Shown piece after piece: positions 1-13,008 of a DNA stretch of 64,000 nt. The notes under the pieces were generated by a model. That model ran no database searches, was not told where the DNA came from, and saw only the letters and a list, made by a program, of their open reading frames with translations. The position numbers and the translations under genes were made by a program. Positions within the stretch are counted from its first letter, which is position 1. Each line of letters opens with the position of its first letter. Source of the DNA: Mobula hypostoma (lineage: Eukaryota). The stretch lies in NCBI RefSeq assembly GCF_963921235.1, contig NC_086097.1:201316001-201380000 (forward strand), read 5' to 3'.

Positions 1-1332
1 GACCCATGGTTTAGACTTGCGGCGGCTTTTCCCCAGAATCTTGCTTGCTGTTTCTGTCATCACTGTGTTAAAGTTATTTGTGGTGGTCTCCAAGTCTTCG
101 TCAAAGAGGAGTATTGGTGCAAACTTCCCCCCAACTGCTGCCTGAAATTCTTCAGAGATGGAAGGGTCTTTCAGTTTTTCAAGGTCGAATCTCAGCTGGC
201 TGTTTTTTGGCTTGTTGATTCCCCTCAAGCACGTTCTGATGTTCATCATGACAAGGTCATGGTCACTGCCCATGTCTGCTCCTGGGAATGTTCTGGTCTT
301 TGGTCTGTTCACACCAGATTTGTGCTGCCTTTGCACCAGGACTAGTCAATCTGGTGACGTTGACCACTGGGGGCATGCCAGGTCCATCTTCGGGATGCTT
401 TGTGTTCAACAGCACCACGTTGTTATAACTGGGAAATTCCAGCAGGCATAGTCCCCTCTCATTGGAGGTGTCATTGCATGAGGGGCCGATGAGATCCCCC
501 CACTCATCTTGCCCGTCTCTGCCCACCTTGGCATTCCAGTCACCCTGAATGATCAAAATATCGTTTTTGTCCACTTTGTCGATGACACCTTGTAGTTTCT
601 TATCGAATTCTTCAATGTATTCATCATTGTAGTCTGTTGTTGGGGCGTAGACTTGTGCCACTGTGATGTTGAATGGCTTTACTCGCACGCGGATGGTCAT
701 GAGCCTGCTTGACACTGGTTGGCATGCTAGGACTGCATTCTTGATGGATTTGTTGACTAGGAACCCTACGCCATTTTCATGTCTGTTCTCTTCTCCACTA
801 TAATAGAGTTCATGTCCTTCCTCAGTATGCACTTCTCCAGCGTTCTTCCATCTGGCTTCACAGAGCCTGAGAAGGTGCCACTTGTTTCTTTCCATCTCAT
901 GCGTGAGTTCCTTGAGTTTCCCTGCCTGGTTCAGCGTTCTTACATTCCATGTGGCAATTGTGATGTTCTCTCTGCCACGGATCTTCTGCGTCGAATCACC
1001 AGTAGCATATTTATCGCGCCCACCCTGGCGCAAGACGGATAGCGCAGTCATTGGTAACCCGGGCTGCAACCAATCTGGTGTGAAGTTGCTTTCTAGTGTG
1101 CTCATCATGCGGCATGTCTTGGGCATCTGAGAAACTTGGCGGAGCCCATCCCTCTCCAGGTTTGACCACAGCCGATTTCCTCCAACTAGGTGGCTCGCCT
1201 TGGTCATGAACACGTGGTCATTATAGTTCATCTGAGAACCTTTCTGCCCTAGCCGGTGACTTCATCTTGGAAGTCATTCACCCAGTGGTGCTGTGTAAAC
1301 ACCAACCCCTCACGTGGTTTAGCCCGCCGGCC
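1..1332 (-). mobile_element. RTE-clade LINE, 5' part (APE endonuclease), runs off the window
   Basis: ORF 263..1231 has ATWNVRTL, YSG, GVGF, QVYAPT and GDWNAKVG motifs typical of RTE endonuclease. Frameshifted downstream. Confidence 0.85.
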
Positions 1333-2157
1333 TGCAGGTAGGTGACCAAAACTTCACACAATACTAAAAATTAGTCCTCACCATTGTCCTATACGACTTC
1401 AACATTACATCCCAACTCCGTACTTAATACTTTTATCTACGAGGGCCAATGTGCCAAAAGCTTTCTTTACAACCCTGTCTACCTGTGACTCCACCTTCAA
1501 TGAATTATGGGCCTGTATTACCAGATCCCTTTGTTCTACTACACTCCTTAGTGCCCTGCCACTCTCCCTGTCAGACCTACTCTGGCTGGTCCTACCAAGG
1601 TGCAAAACCTCACAGTCTGTATTGAATTCCATTTGCTATTTTCAGCCCATTTTTTCAGCTGGTCCAGATCCTGCTGCAAGCATTGATAGCCTTCCTCTCT
1701 GTCCACTACTAGTCTCGGAGTCATCTGCAAATAGGTGACAAACAACAGTGGACTGAGCACCAACCCCTGCAGCACTCAACCAGTCACAGGTTCTCGTCGA
1801 AGAGGCAGCCATCTACTACCACTCTCTGGCCTCTCCTACAAAGCCAATGTCTTATCAATTTTATACCTCACCTTGAATACCAAGTAGGCTGAACATTCTG
1901 GACCATCATCCCTTGTGGGACCCTGTCAAATGCCTTGCTGGAGTCCATGTAGCCACCATCCACTGCCTTGTCTTCATTAACTTTCCTGGTAACTTTCTCA
2001 AAAAACTCTATAAGATTGGTTGGACATGACCTACCATGCACAAAGCCATGCTGACTATCCCTAATCAGTCCCTGTCTATCCAAATAGTTATATATCTGGT
2101 CCCTTAGAATACCTACCATTAACTTTCCCACAAGTACTGCCATGCTTACCGGCCTAT
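1333..2157 (-). mobile_element. Degenerate CR1 RT fragment (continues at 6203-6720)
   Basis: SQHGFV, NLIEFF and MDSSKAFD RT motifs. The sequence rejoins at ...ggcctat|aatttcctgg across the Rex1 insertion. Confidence 0.8.
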
Positions 2158-5100
2158 TCCGGTGGCAGAAGACCAGGAAAGCACCAGGCCCAGATGGCGT
2201 GTCGCCCTCCTGTCTGAAGACCTGCGCTGATCGGCAGGCCCCCATCTACACACGGATCTTCAACAGTTCACTGGAGCTGTGTGAAGTCCCTCATTGCTTC
2301 AAGCACTGCATTATCATTCCAGTTCCTAAGAAACCCACTATCAAGGGACTAAATGACTACAGGCCTGTTGCCTTGACATCTGTGGTGATGAAGTCCTTTG
2401 AGAGACTAGTGTTGACTCACCTGTAGGACATCACAGGCCCCCTGCTGGACCCCCTGCAGTTTGCTTATCGGGCAAATAGGTCAGTGGATGACGAAGTCAA
2501 AATGGGACTGCATTACATACTACAACATCTCGACAACCCAGGAACTTCTGCGAGGGTCCTGTTTGTTGACTTCAGCTCGGCGTTCAACACCATCGTCCCA
2601 GAAATCTTCCACTCCAAACTCACCCAGCTCACTGTCTCCCCCGCCATCTGTCAGTGAATCACAAGCTTCCTGACTGACAGGGTGCAGCAAGTGAGCCTGG
2701 GGAGCATCATTTCTAGCACCCGGACAATCAGTACCGGTGCCCCCCAGGGATGTGTGCTCTCCCCACTGCTCTTCTCCCTTTACACTAATGACTGCACCTG
2801 AGAATGAACTGAAAGCTTGGATACATACATGGAATTATGATGTAGTGGCCATTACCGAGACATGGCTGGCACCAGGGCAGGAATGGATTCTCAATATTCC
2901 TGGATTTCAGTGCTTTAAAAGGGATAGAGAGGGGGGGAAAGGGGAGGAGGGGTGGCATTACTGGTCAGGGATACTATTATAGTTACAGAAAGGGAGGGTA
3001 ATGTAGCAGGATCCTCTTTTGAGTCAGTATGGGTGGAAGTCAGGAACAGGAAGGGAGCAGTTACTCTGTTGAGAGTATTCTATAGGCCCCCTGGTAGCAG
3101 CAGAGATAGAGAGGAGCAGATTGGGAGGAAGATTTTGGAAAGGTGCAAAAATAACAGGGTTGTTATCATGGGTGACTTTAACTTCCCTAATACTGATTGG
3201 CACCTGATTAGTTCCAAGGGTTAAGATGGGGCAGAGTTTGTTAAGTGTGTCCAGGACGGATCCCTGTCACAGTATGCTGACAGGCCGACTAGGGGGAATG
3301 CCATACTAGATCTAGTACTAGGTAATGAACCGGGTCAGGTCACAGATCTCTCAGTGGGTGAGCATCTGGGGGACAGTGACCAGCGCTCCTTGGCTTTTAG
3401 CATTATCATGGAAAAGGATAGAATCAGGGAGGACAGGAAAATTTTTAATTGGGGAAGGGCAAATTATGAGGCTATAAGGCTAGAACTTGCGGGTGTGAAT
3501 TGGGATGATGTTTTTGCAGGGAAATGTACTATGGACATGTGGTTGATGTTTAGAGATCTCTTGCAGGATATTAGGGATAAATTTATCCCGGTGAGGAGGA
3601 TAAAATATGGTAGGGTGAAGGAACCATGGGTGACAAGTGAGGTGGAAAATCTAGTCAGGTGGAAGAAGGCAGCATACATGAGGTTTAGGAAGCAAGGATC
3701 AGATGGGTCTATTGAGGAATATAGGGGAGCAAGAAAGGAGCTTAAGAAGGGGCAGAGAAGAGCAAGAAGGAGGTGTTGGAGTTGTTAAAATACATTAGGA
3801 CAGATAAATCCCCGGGGCCTGACGGAATATTCCCCAGGCTGCTCCACGAGGCAAGGGAAGAGATTGCTGAGCCTCTGGTGAGGATCTTTATGTCCTTGTT
3901 GTCCACGGGAATGGTACCGGAGGATTGGAGGGAGGCAAATGTTGTTCCCTTGTTCAAAAAAGGTAGTAGGGATAGTCCAGGTAATGATAGACCAGTGAGC
4001 CTTACATCTGTGGTGGGAAAGCTGTTGGAAAAGATTCTTAGAGATAGGATCTATGGGCATTTAGAGAATCATGGTCTGATCAGGGACAGTCAGCATGGCT
4101 TTGTGAAGGGCAGATTGCGTCTAACAAGCCTGATAGAGTTCTTTGAGGTGGTGACCAGGCATATAGATGAGGGTAGTGCAGTGGATGTGATCTATATGGA
4201 TTTTAGTAAGGCATTTGACAATGCTCCACACGGTAGGCTTATTCAGAAAGTCAGAAGGCATGGGATCCAGGGAAGTTTGGCCAGGTGGATTCAGAATTGG
4301 CTTGCCTGCCGAAGGTGGAGGGAGTACATTCAGACTGGAGGATTGTGACTAGTGGTGTCCCACAAGGATCTGTTCTGGGACCTATACTTTTTGTGATTTT
4401 TATTAATGACCTGGATCTGGGGTTAGAAGGGTGGGTTGGCAAGTTTGCAGACGACACAAAGGTTGGTGGTGTTGTAGGTAGTGTAGAGGATTGTCAAAGA
4501 TTGCAGAGAGATATTGATAGGATGCAGAAGTGGGCTGAGAAGTGGCAGATGGAGTTCAATCCGGAGAAGTGTGAGGTGGTACACTTTGGAAGGACAAACT
4601 CCAAGGCAGAGTACAAAGTAAGTGGCAGGATACCTGGTAGTGTGTTGGAGCAGAGGGATCTCGGGGTACATGTCCACAGATCCCTGACAGTTGCCTCACA
4701 GGTAGATAGGGTAGTTAAGAAAGTTTATGGGGTGTTTGCTTTCATAAGTCGAGGGATAGAGTTTAAGAGTCGTGATGTAATGATGCAGCTCTATAAAACT
4801 CTGGTTAGGCCACACTTGGAGTACTGTATCCAGTTCTGGTCACCTCACTATAGGAAGGATGTGGAAGCATTGGAAAGGGTACAGAGGAGATTTACCAGGA
4901 TGTTGCCTGGTTTAGAGAGTATGCATTATGATCAGAGATTAAGGGAGCTAGGGCTTTACTCTTTGGAGAGGAGGAGGATGAGAGGAGACATGATAGAGGT
5001 GTACAAGATAATAAGAGGAATAGATAGAGTGGATAGCCAGCGCCTCTTCCCCAGGGCACCACTGCTCAATACAAGAGGACATGGCTTTAAGGTAAGGGGT

Positions 5101-6202
5101 GGGAAGTTCAAGGGGGGATATTAGAGGAAGGTTTTTTACTCAGAGTGGTTGGTGCGTGGAATGCACTGCCTGAGTCAGTGGTGGAGGTAGATACACTAGT
5201 GAAGTTTAAGAGATTACTAGACAGGTATATGGAGGAATTTAGGTGGGGGCTTATATGGGAGGCAGAGTTTGAGGGTCGGCACAACATTGTGGGCCGAAGG
5301 GCCTGTAATGTGCTGTACTATTCTATGTTCTATGTTCAAGGATCCATCTGTTAAACTCCTGAAGTTTGCAGACGACACAACTGTCATTGGCCTTATCCGA
5401 AACGGTGATGAGTTTGCATACAGACGGGTGGTGGAACGGCTGGCCCTCTGGTGTGGTCAGAACAATCTGGAGCTAAATACGTTCAAGACTGTGGAGATGA
5501 CAGTGGACTTCAGGAGGAGCCCCCCAGTACTCCCCCCACTCACTACACTCAACAGTATTGTGTCTGCTGTGGAGACCTTCAGGTTTCTGGGTGTCACAAT
5601 CTCCCAGGGCCTGAAGTGGACACCCAACGCAGACACTCTTATCAAAAAGGTTCAGCAGAGGTTGTATTTCCTACGTCAACTCAGGAAGTACAACCTACCT
5701 CAGTAGCTGCTGATTCAATTCTATTCAGGAATAATCCAGTTTGTTCTCTGTTCGTCCATCACTGTCTGGTTTGGATCAGCTACCAAACAAGACAAGAATA
5801 GACTCCAAAGAACCGTCAGGGCTGCGGAAAGGATTACTGGTGTGAAGCTGCCCTCGATCCAGGACTTATATGCATCTGGAGTCAGAAAGCGAGCAAGCAG
5901 CATTCTTGTAGACCCATTACACCCTGGACATCACCTGTTCCAACTCCTTCCTTCTGGTAGGCGCTTAAGATCACTGTATGCCAGGACAAATAGGTACAAG
6001 AACTGTTTCTTTCCGTATGCCATCAGTCTTATGAACACTTGAATCTTAGTCTATTATAAACCAAGTCCACCTGTTCATGATTATTTGCACTATTGTTTTG
6101 TTTGCTTTTTGATTCTGTACAGCGAGAGCTCAGGGAAACTGGCATTAAATTCCCTGTATGTGTCCATATACTTGGCGATAATAAAGGATTCTGATTCTGA
6201 TT
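2158..6202 (+). mobile_element. Rex1/Babar LINE, 5'-truncated, split by a CR1 insertion
   Basis: LNDYRPVALTSVVMKSFERLV, YTNDCT|KDPSVKLLKFADD and QQRLYFLRQLRK motifs; (GATTCT)n tail; ctat at both junctions (2154-2157, 6203-6206). Confidence 0.88.
2800..5337 (+). mobile_element. CR1 LINE, 5'-truncated ORF2 with internal deletion
   Basis: EN motifs (AITETW, MGDFNFP), RT motifs (GVPQGSVLGP, KFADD), (TTCTATG)n tail. Same family as 32967-36945 but lacks about 260 nt near 3770. Confidence 0.92.
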
Positions 6203-6720
6203 CTATAATTTCCTGGTTTATTCTCAAATCCTTTCTTAAACAGCGGAACAACATTAGCTGTCCTCCAATCCTCCAGTAATTTATCTGTTACTAAGGATGA
6301 TTTGCATATTCCTGCTCGGGCCCCTGCAATTTCTACACTTGCCTCCCACAAGGTTCAAGGGAAAATCTTGTCAGGTACTGCAGATATATCCACACTAACT
6401 TTCCTCAAGACAGCAAACAACTTCTCTCTAATCTGTATTGGGCCCATTAACTTGCTGCTGTTTTGCCTCACTTCTATAGATTCTGTGCTGTCTCCCGATT
6501 AAATACAGATGTAAAAAATCCATTCATATCCCCCTCACCTCTTTTGGCTCCACATATGGATTACCATGTTGATCTTCTAGAGGACTAATTTTGCCCCTTG
6601 TAATCCTTTTGCTCTTAGTGTATCAGTAGAAACCCTTAGAATTCTCTTAGACCTTGTCTGCTAGAGCAACCTCATGCCAACTTTTAGTCCTCCTGATTTT
6701 TTCTTAAGTGTTTGCTTGCT
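6203..6720 (-). mobile_element. CR1 fragment (upstream part of the 1333-2157 element)
   Basis: EDWRTANVVPLFKKG...PGNYR motif. Confidence 0.75.
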
Positions 6721-6794
6721 GCAAGAAATCTAAATAAGTAGGAATCAAAACCACTCAACTATCAAGAATAATAGTTTTACTGTACTATTAATCC

Positions 6795-7145
6795 TCGCTG
6801 AGATAGGGAGTTGTCTATCCCAGCATGTGAAGACAGACTCCGGCGGATTGAGCGGACGAGACCAATGGAAGGTCCAACGGTCAAGAAGGTGGTCTCTGCA
6901 AGCGTCGTGGAACGTGTAGAGCAGGACAAGACACAGAAGACGTCCTGGTCATCCACTGCGCCTAGTCCCATCTCCAGCTGTCTAGACTCTGCCTTGCCAC
7001 TGGATCCAGATGGGAACTGGGAAGAGAGAGTGAGGCTGACACTGCCCAACTCTCCCTCACTTAAATCCAAGTCACGCACTCGTCTCGACACCATCAATAA
7101 TGGTGTCGAGGTCCTCATCAACGTACGATGGACAAACAACAACAA
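6795..7145 (+). mobile_element. 5'-truncated non-autonomous RTE-type retroelement
   Basis: 12-bp TSD tactattaatcc (6783-6794, 7146-7157), (CAA)n tail, 3' hairpin tcgacaccat/atggtgtcga. Homologous to 58237-58937. Confidence 0.75.
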
Positions 7146-7641
7146 TACTATTAATCCAATACTTCTGAATGCAGATTTAATTTATAACATTTTACTCATG
7201 AACTCCACGATGGATGCATCCCCACTGAAAAACTAAACTGTACCATCCTGTTCTCTACCAAAAAATAAACGCTTCTATATTTCTTATTCTATGTGTCAAT
7301 GATGAGAACTTACATCTCTTAAGAATGACTCTAGAGTTCCTCCTCAAAAGAGCTCTATGCTGTCATGCATTCCCTTTCTGCTCCCATGAAGTTTAATATA
7401 TACTCATCTTAATTATCCTTGAAATATAGGCATTTTTCTTTTGAACTTCAGGATATTCAGGTGTCTTCCATGGTAGGCCTTTGGTAAGTAAATGCAGCTG
7501 GTCTCACCAAAGATACTTTCACTAATCACATGTGCGCATCTCCTCAAGATCAACATGAGGGAGACATTTCAACTTTATGATGTCAGATGTGCTTGCAAAG
7601 GTAAAAGCTCAAGTTAGGTCAGGACCTAACCAGCCCTGAAT

Positions 7642-7692
7642 GAGGGAGGAGGGGGAGGGGGAGGAGGAGGAGGGGGAAGAAGAGGAAGAGGA

Positions 7693-7725
<33 letters not shown>

Positions 7726-7769
7726 CGACCTCCTCCTCCCCCTCCTCCTCCCCCTCCTCCTTCTTCTTC
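7642..7769. repeat. GA-rich tract followed by CT-rich tract
   Basis: (GGA/GAA)n run directly followed by (CCT/CTT)n run. Confidence 0.9.
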
Positions 7770-7958
7770 GGCATTTCCCCTATGTTTGAGTATTTTTCCT
7801 AGTCTGATTAATCTCTATTCAATTAACAATATCCCTCATCCCAAAAGTTAATCTATAAACCTTTGTTATACACTGATTAAATTAAGTATATCTTTCTTAG
7901 TTAAGAAAACAACACATGTGCATCATATTCTAGGAAATACCATATGCATTAACACTTC

Positions 7959-8430
7959 TTCCTGGGATGGCAGGTCTTTCATATGAAGAAAGACTGGATG
8001 AACTGGGCTTGTACTCGTTGGAATTTAGAAGATTGAGGGGGGATCTGATTGAAACGTATAAGATCCTAAAGGGATTGGACAGGCTAGATGCGGGAAGATT
8101 GTTCCCGATGTTGGGGAGGTCTAGAACGAGGGGTCACAGTTTGAGGATAGAGGGGAAGCCTTTTAGGACCGAGGTTAGGAAAAACTTCTTCACACAGAGA
8201 GTGGTGAATCTGTGGAATTCTCTGCCACAGCAAACTGTTGAGGCCAGTTCATTAGCTATGTTTAAAAGGAAGTTAGATATGGCCCTTGTGGCTACAGGGG
8301 TCACGGGGTATGGAGGGAAGGCTGGGTTCTGAGTTGGATGATCAGCCATGATCATAATAAATGGCGGTGCAGGCTCGAAGGGCCGAATGGCCTACTCCTG
8401 CACCTATTTTCTATGTTTCTATGTTTCTAT
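7959..8430 (+). mobile_element. CR1 3' end
   Basis: LSYEERL...RRLRGDLIETYK...FFTQRVVNLWNSLP; (TTTCTATG)n tail. Confidence 0.9.
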
Positions 8431-9274
8431 CTTGGACTTTGGTGGTCTGGAGAGAAAGATTTTCCAGACTGTTATGTGTTATTTCTATAACTACACGAAC
8501 ACAATTTTAATTTACCAATCATAAATGTTATACTGTATATGATTTAAGAGGTTTTCCAGTGAACCATGCAAGTTGAAAGGGAGTGCTAAACAGGGGACCA
8601 AGTGAGTTTAAAGGGGGTGTGGGAGAGGGGTCTATGTGTGTTTAAAGAAAGTGTAAGGAACAGAGCTCTGGCAAACCAGATGCTGAGCTGATGGGATTTC
8701 TAAACAAACAGGATAAGCGAGTAATATTACACCTTGCATTCAAATCTTCTTGCAGTGAACAACAACCTCTTTGTTCCCCTAATTAGTTGCTGCATTGAGG
8801 TGTTAATTTTCAGAGGTTCAGGTGGAGGCAGACCTATGTCTCTCTGGACAATACATCTCCACTTATCACCATTTAAGAATTACAAATGACAAAAGAATAT
8901 CTATTCAAGTCAGCACTTTGAGGGGAAGTTGCACGGTGGAAATTGTATTGGTTATAAAAATTCACACAGCTTAGTCTATGGAACTTTTCTTCTGCTGTTC
9001 AACAGCACATTAAGTCCAGAATTCTGGTTTCATAATATCACCTTCAGTTACGCCTGGCGTTAGTCCTTGCATGCTCTTCTACATCTGTCACCAAATCAAA
9101 ATGGACAACAGTACCTCCAATTGAAAGCTTGTCAGTCATTAATTTCCTAACAAAATTAGTGACTGAAAGACTCCAAATCACTGGTACATTCTGTTGTACC
9201 ACTAATTCAATGTTGATGTCTCACTGATCTTCAAAGTCTTGCTGTGCAGATTTCAAATGTACCTGCATGTTTTT

Positions 9275-9960
9275 GCACTTGCCTCTGAGTCAGAAGGTTG
9301 TCAGCTCAAGTCCTTATCAAGCAGCTTCAATACATAATCTGATGTTGAATGGTATTGAGGGAATTCTGCTGTTCAGGTCAGACATTAAAGCAAGTGCCCA
9401 AATGGTGATAATGTAACTTTTCTATTAAAATGTTAACCGAGGCTTCCATCTGTTCTCGACGGGCCAGATGGCCTAATTCTGCTCCTATGTCTTCTGGTCT
9501 AAAATATTTCAGAGTACTTTCAAGGAAAAACAGGATAAAATATTCTTGTGTATGAACTATAGATTTTGTGCAGGGTAGCCAATTTTGTGTTTAAATTCAA
9601 GGTGTTCCTGCAATCTGGTTGATGGGTAACCTTAAGTAATCCATGATCTTGTCATTTATTTTATTACTACTTATAAAGTGAAAATCTAATTTCCTATGTT
9701 CAGTATAGTATCAGACTATATTTCAAAAGAACTTATTTAATACTAAAAACAGAAAAAGATGTAAACACTCAATCTGATGAAAGGTTTAAGACTGAAAGTG
9801 TTGATTGATTCTGTTTTCACAAATGTTGCTTAACCTTCTGAATATTTTCAGTATTTTCTGTTTACATTTCAGATTTACAGCAAATACAATTTATTTTATG
9901 TTTTGTTGAGAATAAATCCAGATGACTAGAGGTCTTGAAAGGAGTAATTAAATTCCTTTG
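9275..9960 (+). mobile_element. Ancient degenerate Deu-domain SINE-like relic (SacSINE1/AmnSINE1-like)
   Basis: cttgcctctgagtcagaaggttgt head, gttaaccgaggc core and gactatatttcaaaagaactt 3' segment recognised from memory of the family. Interrupted by other repeats. Confidence 0.45.
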
Positions 9961-11329
9961 CTTTTAATCAACATTGGCAGATTTCATAAAAAGAAAAAAA
10001 GTCAATCTGTTAATGATGTAAAGCTTATATAAATGCATGCATAATTCACATGGCATTACATAATGATTATTACATTGCAATATATATTAAAGTCTGTATA
10101 TAATTTAAGCTGGTCACTAATAATGATTTCAGAAAAGCTAATTGTCCTTTGATGCTAAATATGGCCAAAAACAAATTGAGCACATCTGAGGTGTAATAAC
10201 TAACAGTGCTGGAAATCTGAAATAGAAACAAAATTGTCAGAGACACCCAGGAAGCAGGAAGCATCGATGGAAAGTGACATTGGATTAACAATTCAGGTTG
10301 ACATTCTATCATTGCAAACTAAATTCACAACAGATGCCCACAGGTAGTAAAATAGTACATCATCCTGCAAGTGGAATTTTACCAAATAATTCTTCCAAAA
10401 TTTACACTCTTCATTTGTTGCTCAATTGATTTGATATTTAGTCCTGACAAAGCATCCGATAGTAGTAAGTCTGGAAAAAAAGTGTCACTCTTCCTTCCTC
10501 TAAATTGCTTTATTTTCTTTCCGTTAAAATATTTCTCCATTTTTCTCCATTTAGTCTTTATATCTTTGCCACCCATCTGTATTTCTAATCCCCTCTTTTC
10601 TTTATTGCAGCATTTTATCATCCGATTAATGCCCTCTCACACTCAATTGTTCCTTATTGTTTACGGAACTGCGGAACAGTGGAAGCATCAGGAACAGCTT
10701 CTTCCCCTCAGCAATCCAATTCCCAAATGGACATTGAACCCAGAAATGCCACCTCATTTTTATATTATTTCTGCTTTGCACTTTAATTTAAATATTTAAT
10801 ATACATACATATACTTACTGTAACTGACCTACTTTTTTTTTCTATATTATCATGTATTGCATTGTACTGCTGCCACTAAATAGACAAATTTCATGACATA
10901 TGCTGATGATATTAAACTTGATTCTGATTCTGAATTGTTATAGCACAGAACGAGGCAATTCTGCAGAAATGAGTCAGAAAATAAGAGAGCCAACAATCTG
11001 GTCTGCATATTCACAATGCTTGATAGTACAACAGGATCAGCTCAACTAGTAGGACGTATTCAAACAGCGTCCACCTTGATAGTTACATACACTTGCTCTA
11101 TTTCCAAACATTTTTCTCCTCCAATGGTTAACGATCAGGCTGCATAATTTTATTCAACACAGACTGACTAAAAGACAACAAGTTCTTCATTCGTTGATCA
11201 AAGCATTAGCTTTGAACACCTAAAAGAGTGTTGCACTTGTAAGTAAAATATAATCAGTGACATTTTCTTCAGAAAACATTCAAAAGCAGATCGATGAGGA
11301 GAAAGATTCTGCATCTGTAAAAGTAACTA

Positions 11330-12260
11330 TGTCACAGTCCGGTCTGTTGATTACTCATTTCTCCTTAATTTCCTTTTCTCCATGTTCCACTAGGCTCCTT
11401 GATTAGGGCACCTGATCCTCATTTGAACCGGCAGCATAGAACTCTGGCTTACATCTACTCGCTGCTGGTTCTTCAATGTAGCCAGTGTGGCTATGCTCGT
11501 CCCGCGGCAGCCGAGAATCATGGACTCTAAGTTGCTTTGGTGCCTGTGGCTGCTTAGTGAGTTCAGTCATTTTCACGTCCAGCCGAGTTGCCAGCTGTTT
11601 TGCTGCTACTCCGAGTTAAGATGCAAATTCTGTCATTTTCATGTTCGGCTGAGATTTGCTGGCCGATTGTCACCACTCCTAACTGCCAAGAATAAGGGAC
11701 CGTCTTCATGAGCTTCTCTGTGTCTAGAAATGAATGGACTGTCATTGTTTGGTTTCTGTCGTCTCGCTTCCAGCTGAGTAGACCCGGCCGTTTGCCGTTA
11801 CTCTGGGTTGGGAATTCTGTCTCTTCGCTTCCAGCTAAGTGATTGCCAGCCATTTGCCGCTTCATGAGCTATCCCGTGTCAAGATTCGTATTGTCAGTCG
11901 TTGGTTGGTTTAGTCGTCTCATTCTCAGCTGAGTAGGTCCGGCCATTTGCCGCTACTCCAAGTTGGAAATTCTGTCTCTTCATGTCTAGCTCAAGATTGC
12001 TGGCCATTTGCCGCTCCTCCAAGCCAAGATATGAATCATCTGTCTTGGTTTGGTGTTGTCAGCTCCGTGTTCCAGTTCCAGGCTCCGTGTTCCAGTTCCA
12101 GGCTCTGTGTTCCAAGTCCAGGCTCCGAAACCAAGTTCAGTCCAGTTCCAGGCTCCGAGTCTAAGTCAAATCCAGTTCCAAGTTCCGAGTCCAAGTCATG
12201 TCCAAGTCTGTCTCCGTGTCAAGTGTCCGTGCCTGTGTCCTGCACTTGGGTTCACCTCCA
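11330..12260 (+). mobile_element. LTR-like repeat, copy 1
   Basis: Starts TGTCA, has internal tandem repeats (approx. 145-nt units; ccgtgttccagttccagg units), ends near cctgcacttgggttc. No coding region. Confidence 0.55.
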
Positions 12261-12287
12261 GTGGCTCTTTAAACAGCCAGCAATCCT

Positions 12288-13008
12288 CAGCTAGACACGA
12301 AGAGACAGAATTCCTAACTCGGAGTAGTCGCAAACGACTGGACCTACTCAGCTGGGAAAGAGTCGACTAAACCAACCAACAACTGACAATACGAATCTTG
12401 ACATGGAGTAGCTCATGAAGCAGCAAATGGCTGGCAATCACTTAGCTGGAAACGAAGAGACAGAATTCCCAACTCAGAGTAGTGGCAAACAGCCGGACCT
12501 ACTTAGCAGGAAACGAGACTACAGAAACCAAATAATGACAGTCCATTTGTATCTAGACACGGAGAGGCTCATGAAGACGGTCCCTTATTCTTGGCGGCTC
12601 GGAAGACTGTCCCTTATTCTTGGTGGCTTAGAAGACGATCCCTTATTCTTGGCGGCTCGGAGTGGTGAAAATCAGCCAGCAAATTTCAGCCAAACACGAA
12701 AATGACAGAATTTGCATCTTAACTCGGAGTAGCGGCAAAACGGCTGGCAGCTCAGCTGGACACGAAAATGACTGAACTCACTAAGCAGCCACAGGCACCG
12801 AAGCAACTTAGAGTCCGCGATTCTCGGTGGCTCCGGGATGAGCATAGCCGCTCTGGCTACGGTGACAAACCAGCCGCGAGTAGATGTAAACCAGAGTTTT
12901 ATGCTGCCTGTTCGAATGAGGATCAAGTGCCCTAATCAAGGAGCCCAGTGGAACACAAAGAAAAGGAAATTAAAGGTAAATGAGTAATCAACTGACCGGA
13001 CCATGACA
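12288..13008 (-). mobile_element. LTR-like repeat, copy 2 (inverted)
   Basis: Reverse complement of about 11330-11990, starting TGTCA at 13008. Three copies of an approx. 29-nt unit at 12574-12660. Confidence 0.55.

Noticed and set aside
6777..7236. Overlapping ORFs on both strands
   Set aside because: They lie in a TSD-flanked repeat, have no recognisable domain, and ORF limits differ in the second copy at 58454-58679.
10379..10621. Lys-rich minus-strand ORF as the next host exon
   Set aside because: No convincing splice sites or heptad pattern found.
11947..12370. Repeat array as CRISPR or a repetitive protein
   Set aside because: Tandem degenerate units without unique spacers, inside an LTR-like repeat in eukaryotic DNA; no cas genes.
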